Origin: Paraspadella gotoi
Taxonomy: Eukaryota; Animalia; Chaetognatha
Direction: 5' to 3'
Length of the DNA stretch: 64,000 nucleotides
Assembly: GCA_051294375.1 (NCBI GenBank)
Contig: CM119269.1
Location: 8,243,225-8,307,224, forward strand
Part shown: in pieces, positions 11,448-20,924 of the stretch
Layout: the number at the start of each line of letters is the position of its first letter
How positions within the stretch are numbered: the first letter of the stretch is position 1
Made by a program: the position numbers and the translations under genes
The notes under the pieces: generated by a model
The model's input: the letters and a program-made list of their open reading frames with translations, nothing else
The model's database searches: none
What the model was told of the DNA's origin: nothing

Positions 11448-14400
11448 GAGATATTGCTCAAAATGTAAGTGTTTTAGCGAGATATTAACCTTCTCCCTCC
11501 TTTCACGAATCCCACGTTGGCGCTAAATGCCGTTGAGACGCCGCATCCTTCGTCCTTCAGAATCTCCAAAACTTCGTCGAAGGTCGTCGCCGTGAGCGTC
11601 GCTCGGTTGAGGAAGGCGCGCGGCGTCTTGTCGGGCGGGAGGCATTCGGGATAGAGAGCGTTCTGAGCAAAGACCATCCCATTGGCGGTGAAGCCCATTG
11701 AGCGACCGGGGAGAAAGCCAGGGTAGCTGTGGGCGGGGTGGTAGATGAAATAAGAAGAAAAAAATTAATTAATAGGAAAGATTCGAAATGAACTAACTAA
11801 CAGACAACAAAAAACAAGCAACAAAACAAACAACGATATAAAACAACGGATAAACTGAAAAATTCTATTTTGAGCTTCAAAAACAAAACAATTACGATCA
11901 AATAACAAAACACATTTAAAAAATAATAATTAAAGATTGAAAAAAGTGAAATAAAAAACCTAAACAAAAAAAGGGCAAAAACCAAAAAACTAAAAAAACA
12001 AAAAATAAGTGATAACTAAAAACTAATAACTGAAGAGACAGTAATTATTGTTATAACTTATAAGTTAGTGTCAGAACCGTTCAACATAAGCAGTCCCTGA
12101 GCTTCGGATCAGGATGTAACACCGTGTTACAGGCGGGTTAAGCTAGAACCACGGACCTTTTGGGTTGGGAGGCGAATGACTTGCCTCCGGCACCAATGGC
12201 CGCTGAGGAACGGTCGGTGGATTTTAGTCCACCATATAACTAATATTGATAACGAACAACCAAACACTAAACCCCTAAAAATCCCAACTCACGAATAAAC
12301 GGTGAACTCTTCCTCTTCCTTCGCTTCCTCGAATCCCGTATCCTCGATCTTCGCCTTCACCACGTAACCGCAAGACTTGGCGATCGGGTCCACGTCCTCG
12401 TTGTGGCCCATCAGGCACACGGGCTCTTGACGGCCCGTCGGGTCGAGCGTTTCTTCGTGGACGTAGACGGTGCTGCAGCCGTGCTGCTGCCCGCCGTGTA
12501 GCAACGCGTCGTACTCCATATTGACTTGCAGCAAAAAGATCTTGAAGAAGGGCATCTCGCTCCCGTCGGAGATCCCCTTCACTTCCTCCACGTACTGCGG
12601 GTAGTGATCCCGAGCCCCCTAAAATCCGTCGTATCTTTGTTTAATAAATAATTTATGGATTATTATAGGTGGCTTGTTTTTATTTATAAGACATACGTCA
12701 TGCTCTCGCTGGGGTTTTAAAACTTTTTATTACGGCAACAGCGGCGTTGGGATGGGGCACCTCACTGTTGGATTCGGGGGCTTCCGACCCTCACTGGCGC
12801 CACCTGCCACTGGCGGGATTACCCTAGGACGGTCCTGCTTTGCCAACACATAGGGAAGTCGTGAGAAGCGTGGATGGAACACAAGCGTGAAGACAAAGTT
12901 CTTTACAGTGGGTTCTCCTTGTGAGCCAAGGTGAAAGGATGAACGCTGATGGATGTGAGGCGGTGTGAATATACCGCCACACTATTTCTTATCAAAAGAG
13001 ATCGAGATCTGAGATCTCATTTGCACGTAGCAGTAATGGGGCTTTTATCTTGCCAAGATAGAGTAAGACGTTAGTTAAAGTAAAATCATTTTCATTTATT
13101 GGTAGACTTAATAGTGCATTCACACCTTGCTAATTTATTTTTATGTTCGTAAGATTTGTGTCGTAGTCAGTAAAAATTAAATTGCATTCCCCTTTATCTT
13201 AATAAATTTAATGTTTTGATTGTTTTGATTTATATTTATTTTTTATTTTATTTTTTATATTTATATTTATATCTATTCTGATTAGAAATTCTCCCCGGTG
13301 CTATCACGAGACCCGCTTCCTTTGATTACATTATAATGTTGTTAATTGTGGAATACTATAATTGAAAAGTGAACGATTAATGCTGCACTGTAGTTAAAAA
13401 ATAAAAAGAGCCTATGTTTGTATGTATGACGTATGTACTTAATATTCGAACGTCCATTATCGATTGGTATAAAATTTTACAATTTTAATCTTACTTTGAG
13501 GTATCCCTGATAGTAATCCTCTCCTTTCTTTGTCCGATAAAATGGCACCACCTCCTCTTCCAAAAATTTGTATCCGTTCCAAAAGTCGTGAATCTGTTGT
13601 CGAAATGTGGAACCAATGGCGAAGCCGACCTCGTAGTGGGTCCCCCTCACGTCGATCGACGGGAGAGTGAGAACCATTGCGGAATTCCTGCGGGAAACTG
13701 CAGTAAGAAGAGCGACGGCGGCGGAAGATGTGAGCCTTGATTCTCGTCGTGACGATTTTTCAAGAGTCACTTTTCTTAAAGAGAAATCGGTGAAAAATTA
13801 CGACTTGTCACTTGGAAAAAAAGGATAGCATCATTGTCAAGGAATATATCGAAAACTGAGACTGACAGAAAGAGACAAAGTAGAGGAGACACTAATTATA
13901 ACCCTCTTTGACTGTGATGCCCAGCAGGACGGAGCAATTTCTCTTGTCCCCTGTTGGGGACAGCGGCTTTAGACCATCTGCGGCGACGACTGCCACTCGT
14001 AATGTGGATAGGACGCACAATTGGGATGATGCATTTCCCCGCTTAGCTCTTGAGGTTGGGAAAAAAAATTAAGCCAACTGTGGCGAATCCTAAATTCGCC
14101 TCCCGTATAGCTTGGTGAAACTCAGCTCGTCCCATTGGCTTGGACAGCTAAGTACTCATTCACCAACCGTGACTTCCGGGTTCAATCCCCTCACGATCAC
14201 GCTGGTTAAAGTGTGATGGTGTCGGCATAAACGCGCCAGTGACAAGTGGTGGTCACTGCAGGTCTAAAGCCCTGAGCGCCAGCTGTCGGGAGTTGCCATA
14301 CAACTCTAATATTCGTCTGGCGCCGGAGTCCGGGATGTAGCTTTGTAGCTCCCCACCCAATCGTTAGAGATTCAGTTAGGGATTATTTACGTCAGGTTAG

Positions 14401-16936
14401 GGTTAGGGGATAAAGTTAAGGTTTAGGGTTAAGGATTATAGAACAAAAGGTCGGCGCGACTTCCCCTCATCCAAAGTTTCGAAAGGGACGTTTTCGGCAT
14501 TCAAGTAATTTCGTTGTAGAAGTAAACAATTAATGAGGATTTGGAAGTTTAAAAAAAAAAATTTAGCCGCGATGAAGTCATCGATCGAAGGGGAAGAGGC
14601 CGTGAGAAGACTTTTTCGCGAGATCAAAGGAAGTGACGATCGAATTCATCGCCTCTTGTGGCGAAGATCGATTTCTGAGTAATGAAATGAAGGAGACGAG
14701 GAAATAAGTCGCTGAGACATTGAAAGCCGAGTTCATTTCAATTCTTTTCTTCCTCTTTGACATTACGTTTTTTGAAGTACAGTACCGGTTTTGAAGAACG
14801 GGAAAAGTCCAGGGAGGCTGTAACTTTTTTGTAAATCTGGAAATCAGCTGAAAATCGAATACGGGTTAGACCTGAGGGTGGTTTTTCCCCATAAGAGTTT
14901 GAGCCACTTTGAAAAAAAAATAGTGCAGGGGCATTTTTTTGGACAAAAAATTGATTTGCATACTGTAAAAAAATATGGTTATAAATACTCTTATATTATG
15001 GTGATATAACCGGAGGGGTTGTCCTAAACCAGTGGTAAAACAAAATGATCAAATACAGCTTTGTTAAAACTCATTTGCATACAGTAGCAATATATTTTTT
15101 TATAATATTGTATATTCAGTCTTATGATAATTTAAAAAAACAATTTCAAATAATAGCTAACTGATACACCAATAACATACAATGCATAAAATTTTTCGCC
15201 TTCCTGTGCAGTCATTCCTTATCAAAATTATCTATAACTTTCACACAATAAACCTTATGGTTCTTCTTGATATGTATTAAAGTATGAAAGACGTAATATC
15301 ATTGGAACGGTTTTTATTAAAGTTTGAATTAAGGGTGTGTATGCAAATGAGTTTTAACAAAGCTGTATTTGATCATTTTGTTTTACCACTGGTTTAGGCA
15401 ACCCCTCCCGGTTATATCACCATAATATAAGAGTATTTACTACCATATTTTTTTTACAGTATGCAAATTAATTTTTTGTCCAAAAAAATGCCCCTGCACT
15501 ATTTTTTTTTCAAAGTGGCTCAAACTCTTATGGGGAATAAACCACCCTCAGGTCTAACCCGTATTCGATTTTCAGCTGATTTCCGCCATTTACAAAAAAG
15601 TTACAGCCTCCCTGGACTTTTCCCGGTTCTTCAAAACCGGTACTGTATTTAAATATTGGTTACCTCTCTCTCTCTTTCTTTCTTGCTCTCGCTCTATCTC
15701 AAATTCCAGGAAACAAAAAAAGGATCTATTGTAAAGGTTTTACTAAACATTTTCAGGATAGAAAACATCACCTGAGAAACTGTTATAGTGTTTATAATGA
15801 ATTAAAAATTAAATATCGTTTTGTAAAGTTATGTACCTTTTTTAGGCATAATATAGCACACAGCCGGTTTCTTTAATACAATTAACGATTCACAAAAATC
15901 TTTTTGCAATATTTGAGTGGAATAATTTTTCTCAATTGATGGATGAAAACTCTTCATTTCGCCAGTGATAATGGTTTTAAAAAAAAATAAGACGAAAACT
16001 GTAATTTGAGAAAATAAAATATTTCGTGTCAATCGTCGTAATAAAAACTCTCTCTCTCTCTCTCTCACTCTCTCTCTCTCTCTCTCTCTCACTCTCTCTC
16101 TCTCTCATTTCCCGTGGCTTTGATGACCAAATTTAAATAGCCAAGAGTTTTCGCTTCCCGTCGAACTCGAAACGCCAAACGCCAAACTCAGAGCCCGCTC
16201 TTTTCTGCGACGCGTTTTAAGTTCACTCAGACTCTGAGGCTCTGGGTGACCCAAAAGAGAGGAAGATAAAATAATAAAAAAAATTAGAAAATCGATGCGA
16301 TTCGTCCAACTTATTAATCATTTTAATTGAATCGGGGGCGAAGAGAGTTATTTTGGCTCTCTATTCCCAAAAGCGTACCTTTTCCCCCACGATCCTTAAA
16401 TTTAATTTAAATTTTAATATTTAACAAAAATTTTTTATTATACTTATAACTGTTTAATTAATATTCTGAAAAACCGAGAGCCAAACCTAACTTAATCCAT
16501 AACCCTAACCCTAAACCTAACTTTCTAATGTCTATATCAAAATATTAACCATAAACTTTAATATCTATTCATAACCCTTAACACTTATCATCCCTTATAC
16601 TAATACCTTGCCCTAACCTAATTCTTAACCAAATTCTGAATCTTAACCTTTAACTTAATATTTAAATTTAAAAACTTATTTTATTCTGAATTTAAGCTGA
16701 AGTCGGGCGTTCTGGGAAAATAAGGCCAATTCGGCTCTCTATTCCAAATGCTAAAATTTTAAATGTTTGTATGACGGGTCAAATGAATAAAAATTTTTAT
16801 GTATGTCGGAACGAATGTATTCAATATTGAATTAAAGAACGATAAATTTTATAACGATAATTACAGTTTATAAGGATGTTTGGAGCTCGAATGAAAGTCT
16901 CAAAGCAAAGATGAGGAAAGTCGCTTCAACTTAATT

Positions 16937-17027
<91 letters not shown>

Positions 17028-18005
17028 CTTTCTCTCTCTCTGTATTTTTCTTTTTTTCACCTCCTCTCCTATATAAATGATATTATACCATATAATTATT
17101 GATTTAACTAAACCAATTGGCCGACCTGAAGTCGAACGAATAATTTAAGGATGAATTGAATTGAAGTCGAGCGAAGTCTCCGTAGTTGTAGTAATCGAAC
17201 GGGTCGTCGATGTCGTCGTCGTTGTTGTTGCTGCTGTTGATGTTGCTGTTGATGTTGCTCCGAAAGGGATCGTCGAAGAATCTGTCAGAACCAAAAAAAA
17301 GGTAAGTTAATCGGAAAAAGACAGAGGAAACTTACGCACAAGATTTCTTTCTTATTGTTTAGAAAAAAACTTTTTTTTTCTACGGTTTGTTGTTTTGAAT
17401 TAAAATGGTTGAGGTTGCATTATACTCTACGTCAATTACGTAACTTCTATGTTAATTTTTTACATCATATGCACATGTCAATTCCATGTTATACATATTC
17501 TAGATTTTAAGTAATGTCGTTCCTTTACATTGTCTGTAACCTTTCTTTTGGACTTGTCTATCAATTTATCGTTGTTGCATAATTGCGTAATCATGTTTGT
17601 GCATTATCGTTGTGGCACGAAGGTGCTCTCATTTCATCATCACTGTGTTCTCGTCTATGTCACATTTTCCCGATAAATAAAAAAAAAGAATTGTCAGGCA
17701 TTAATTATGGCAAAGATGACTTTAGTCTCCGCGGATTGGTTCAAAGAGATTGGTGATTGGTAAATAAAGAACTAATTTAACAGACTAGCAGACGGACTAG
17801 ATAGTGTTTACTGGATAGAAAATATTAGACAGGTATTATAGATGTCGATAAAGAATCGGATGGTCATTCTTGATCGATATTTAAATATTTTGGCTCAAAA
17901 TATCGTTTGGATGACGAACCTTTGATCAGATTCCATTTCTGTGTCGATGGAACCGAAATGAGGAGGCGAAGTGGAACCCGACGCTCGATGCAAGAGGACG
18001 TCCAT
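3419..18005 (-). CDS. PROKR: Prokineticin receptor-like rhodopsin-class GPCR (~417 aa, 12 coding exons)
   Basis: Minus-strand exons 18005-17920, 17281-17126, 8658-8607, 8526-8427, 8171-8080, 7402-7299, 7201-7127, 6575-6475, 6205-6063, 5242-5167, 4379-4261, 3568-3419 total 1254 nt with matching phases. TM2 NLALSD; TM3 NLSLCISTNSLLIISVERI; TM5 LEFILPVGVMVSAY; TM6 CWAPFYGYNLYRDFFP; TM7 IAMSNGLFNT. These match PROKR signatures (STN.LL.I, CWAPFYG....RDFFP, IAMSN...NT rather than NP). The 7TM core (3419-8658) is firm; the link to the two 17-18 kb exons is inferred. Confidence 0.85.
7716..8067 (-). mobile_element. DINE-1/HINE-like non-autonomous Helentron-type repeat, copy 1
   Basis: Ends AAGAACGGTGATTCCAATGTGTTGCGCCGCAGTGAC and TATAGAGTTGCTCCGCGAGTACACGCG match, reverse-complemented, 41119-41247 and 51863-52191. 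Carries a GTCG/GTCC-type tract and a subterminal palindrome, and sits in T-runs. Confidence 0.6.
10806..13677 (-). CDS. Peptidase C45 / Ntn cysteine hydrolase (acyl-CoA:6-APA acyltransferase family), tan-like, 386 aa
   Basis: Exons 13677-13495, 12618-12293, 11726-11490, 11220-10806 join in phase. Motifs: RGTHYEVGFAIG, YPQYVEEVKGISDG, autocleavage G|CST, GHNED, YPGFLPG..MGF, RAFLNR, C-terminal TAATALFDL. Confidence 0.9.
12072..12235 (-). mobile_element. tRNA-derived SINE-like element with degenerate twister-like core (copy C)
   Basis: Minus strand: hairpin GGTGGA-CTAAAA-TCCACC; tRNA(Gly)-like segment CCATTGGTGCCGGAGG..TTCGCCTCCCA..GGTTCTAGC; then TAA-CCC-GC-C, stem TGTAAC/GTTACA, and CCTGA-TCCGAAGC-TCAGG (twister P4/L4-like). 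Confidence 0.5.
12733..12982 (-). mobile_element. SINE-like element carrying a type-P5 twister motif (copy B)
   Basis: Minus strand: 5' hairpin GGCGGTAT..ACACCGCC, A-box-like TGGCTCACAAGG, B-box-like TGTTCCATCC, followed by the twister fold at 12848-12766. Confidence 0.55.
12766..12848 (-). ncRNA. Candidate type-P5 twister ribozyme with damaged P2
   Basis: UGUUGG(P5)-C-AAA-GCAG(P2')-GA-CCG(T1')-UCCUAGGG(mini P1)-UAA-UCCC(P2)-GC(T2)-CAGUGGC/GCCAGUG(P3)-AGGG-UCGGAAGC-CCCC(P4/L4)-GAAU-CCAACA(P5). T1 CGG/CCG is fully complementary; P2 has two mismatches. Confidence 0.65.
13935..14045 (-). mobile_element. Decayed copy of the twister-SINE family (copy D)
   Basis: Minus strand AGTGGCAGTCGTCGCCGCAGATGG-TCTAAAGC-CGCTGTCCCCAACAGGGG aligns by eye with P3, L4 and P5 of copies A and B; UAA and P2 are lost. 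Confidence 0.45.
14079..14362 (+). mobile_element. tRNA-derived SINE-like element carrying an apparently intact type-P5 twister motif (copy A)
   Basis: Hairpin GGCGAAT/ATTCGCC (14082-14100); A-box-like TGGCTTGGACAG (14136); B-box GGTTCAATCC (14179-14188) at tRNA-like 43-nt spacing; then the ribozyme fold. Confidence 0.65.
14194..14288 (+). ncRNA. Candidate type-P5 twister self-cleaving ribozyme; predicted cut between U14228 and A14229
   Basis: GCUGGU(P5, 14201)-UAAA-GUGU(P2')-GA-UGG(T1')-UGUCGGCA(mini P1)-UAA-ACGC(P2)-GC(T2)-CAGUGAC/GUCACUG(P3, 7 bp)-CAGG-UCUAAAGC-CCUG(P4 with 8-nt L4 UNNNAAGC)-AGC-GCCAGC(P5). All helices and both pseudoknots can form. Confidence 0.78.
14780..15645. mobile_element. 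Tc1/mariner-type MITE with ~300-bp TIRs and TA target duplication
   Basis: TA|CAGTACCGGTTTTGAAGAAC... at 14780 and ...GTTCTTCAAAACCGGTACTG|TA at 15645. Arms 14780-15083 and 15338-15645 are near-identical inverted repeats; no transposase. Confidence 0.92.
16355..16727. mobile_element. MITE-like dispersed repeat with CCTAA-rich core, copy 2
   Basis: Ends GGGCGTTCTGGGAAAATAAGGCC, as at 1396-1418; TAACCCTAACC-rich core. Confidence 0.55.
16938..17027. repeat. (CTAT)n microsatellite
   Basis: About 22 perfect units. Confidence 0.95.
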
Positions 18006-18629
18006 CAGGTTGAAGTCTTTGGGACGCTAACGAATCTGATGGAAGAGAGGAAAAGTTTGTTGCGATAAAAGCGATTACCATTTTTTTTTGGGGGGGGGGT
18101 GAAAATAAACCACATGGGATGAATTAGGTATCGACCTACTCAGAACGAATTATCATCTTAAAATTTCCTTGTTGGAAGTCCTAAATATTAATAAATACAT
18201 ATAAATATATATATATATATACAAATATATATAAATTCTTAGTGATTGTTTAAATCCCAACGAATTGCTTGTAAAGATGGGCCTGGTTGATTAACACGGT
18301 CGCATCAATAAGTACACCATCGTATATATGCGATTAATGCTTATTATTTTTTTTTTCGCAGTCTTAATCTTTAATTTTTCCATTCCCTAAAACGTTTAGC
18401 GCGTTACTGTGTTGTCCCCGAGGGATTTTCTCGGCTCAAGGATGGAAATTCTAAAGTGTCAGTAGGGAAATTTTCCCGTTGTCAAGGTTTTTCTTTTCAA
18501 ATTTTAATAAACAAAAAAAAAGGCGTGAGAGAGCGCAGGGTATATACATATTATATATACGTATGTATAAGGAAAGGAACAGATACTAAAAATCTTCAGA
18601 CAGAGAAACTATCTTTTTTAGTTACCTTC

Positions 18630-18916
18630 ACCGCTCTCTTTTCTGAGAGTGCCCTATTTCTTTTCGTTTTACCCAAAATTTAATTCTAACTTTAAAACCT
18701 ATGAATAAATTTTTTACCCTAATCCTTATGTGAAATTTTTTCTTTCGTTTTGTTTTAAATTGAAAAAAGTTTAAAATAGATCAACAATGAAAAAAAAAAT
18801 CGTTGTTGATCTATTTCAAATCTACATCTTTAACCTTTAACTTAATCTTTAACTAAAAAAAATTATCCTAATTCCGAATTTAAGATAAATCGGGGAGTTC
18901 TGGGAAAATATGGTCA
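18630..18916. mobile_element. MITE-like dispersed repeat with CCTAA-rich core, copy 3
   Basis: Ends GGGAGTTCTGGGAAAATATGGTC, preceded by CCGAATTTAAGATAAATC, similar to 16686-16704. Confidence 0.45.
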
Positions 18917-19159
18917 CGTTTTCATGTTTTTTTTATTTGTTATTGTTATTTTTTTTAATGTTTCTTGTTTTCTTAAAGAAGCTTTGGCTTTCGTCTGTTT
19001 TTGTGCGCGACTAGATTCTCTTTTTTTCAATAAATAAATGATCGTTATTTCGCTACATTAACGATGAATAAGCGAACTTTTTTTTCTTCTTGAATTTATA
19101 TCGTTTCTGCATCCATTTTCTTTCCATCTTCTCCTTTGATTAATTCCGAGCGACGCTCC

Positions 19160-19357
19160 TTCGTTCATTCGTTTGTTTTTTCGTTCGTTCGTTCGTTCGT
19201 TCGTTCGTTCGTTCGTTCGTTCGTTCGTTCGTTCGTTATGTATTTCACTTATACATTCATTCTTTCATTCATTCATTCATTCATTCATTCATTCATTCAT
19301 TCATTCATTCATTCATTCATTCATTCATTCATTCATTCAATCATTCATTCATTCATT
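19160..19357. repeat. Compound (TTCG)n-(TTCA)n microsatellite
   Basis: Read directly from the sequence. Confidence 0.95.
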
Positions 19358-19604
19358 TACAGAATCTATTATCGCCATTATGTATTTATTTATTCATTAA
19401 ATCTTTAAATTCTATCCTTCCCATATCGACTCTATAATTCACTTTATCGGTCCGTCGGTCCACCCCCTCAATATTGTCGGGCACTCACTTATATCATGTC
19501 AGAAGTCAGAACATCGAATTATGATAAATTATGCAAAAAAAATTATGTCTGTCCGTCCGTCGGTCCGTCCATCTGTCCGTCCGTCCGTCCCCATCTTAGC
19601 AAAA

Positions 19605-19895
19605 AACATCAATTACTCGTGATTGGATAAATGGATTGGAATGAATTTTTTTTGTTTGGGTAGGAAAGTGTGTGATTAAGCTGGATATGAAGTTTTGATG
19701 GAATCGTGTGAGTGGAAATGACTTTAAATAGAAAAAACGAAAAAAATTATTTCACTATTTGAACGCCAATTACTCATGAGTGGGTGGGACAATGTGGGTA
19801 GGAAAGTGTGTGATTAAGCTGGAAATCAAGTTTCGATGGAATTGTCTGAGTGGAAATGAGTTTAAATGGAAAAGATAAAAAACCTGTTTCACTAA
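19605..19895. repeat. Two-copy ~140-bp direct repeat following a (GTCC)n tract; possibly a HINE-like internal repeat
   Basis: GGGTAGGAAAGTGTGTGATTAAGCTGGA..GAGTGGAAATGA occurs at ~19658 and ~19796. Confidence 0.7.
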
Positions 19896-20892
19896 ATTAT
19901 TTTTTTTTATATTAAATGTAAATACAAGATGTATTAATTAAGCAATTAATTACTCAATAATTAATTAATCAGTCAAATATTCAATTGATTAATTATTCAA
20001 TCAATAAATTTATTTATGTATTAATCAATTATTCAATCAATAAATCAATTTATAAATAAATTAATTAATTAATAAAAATCAATCAATCAAGTCAATCGTT
20101 ATCGGCATTATTATCGTCGTCATCATCATCGTCGTTGTTGCTTTTGTCGCGGTCAGTGATGAAAAGACCTAAAAACAAATATTTCGAAACAAATTAATTA
20201 ATTCATTAATTAATTGCCGCTAATGATCGTGGGCAGATCCGACATTGTTTGCTCAAACTTGTTTCTTCATCCTTCTGTTATATTTCACGAGCAATATTTG
20301 GGGGTTTTTTTTCGATAAACTTTTTTTCTTCAGATAAATCAGCTCATTCCTAAAACGTAAACAAATCTTTGTCATTTAAAAAAAAAATCGGTTCTAATTA
20401 AAAGTCTCGTTGGTTTCGGAAGATTCAGACACTCGTTGTTCAAAGTTCAAACGTCGATTCTGTTTCGAAATCTGGAATCGAATTCAGTTGAAAATTCTCT
20501 TTCGTTTAAATTTCGCAGTAAAAAAAAAAAAACAAAAACAAAATGAATAAATAAAACAAACATATTCTATTTTTTGTTTTCCTTTTTGACGCTCCGACGC
20601 TTTTTCTTTTTTTACGATCAAGTGAATTATGGTCTCGTACTTTTTTCTTTGTTTCGTCTTTTAGGTATCTTACTTTCTTTCTTTACTTCTTTCTCTATTT
20701 CTTTCTTTCTTTCTTTCTTTCTTTCTTTTCTTTCTTTCTTTCTTTCTTCTTTCTTTTTCTTTCTTCTTCTTTCTTTCTTTCTTTTTCTTACTTATTATTT
20801 CTTTCTTGCTTGCTTGCTTGCTTGCTTGCTATATTTTTCTCCTTTCTTTCTTTCTTTCTTTCTTTCTTTTCTTTCTTTCTTTCTTCTTTCTG

Positions 20893-20924
<32 letters not shown>

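Noticed and set aside
14005-14095. Possible HDV-like ribozyme ending GGCGAATCCTA
   Set aside because: Could not assign P1, P3 and P1.1 consistently; the segment is better explained by the 5' hairpin and copy D.
14125-14200. Possible tRNA gene
   Set aside because: A/B boxes are present but there is no clean cloverleaf or acceptor stem; read as a SINE head. The same applies to 12135-12203.
14395-14435. TTAGGG-like repeats as a telomere
   Set aside because: Only a few degenerate interstitial units, probably part of a dispersed repeat.
14436-14763. GC-richer patch with short ORFs
   Set aside because: No recognisable motif or consistent splice chain.
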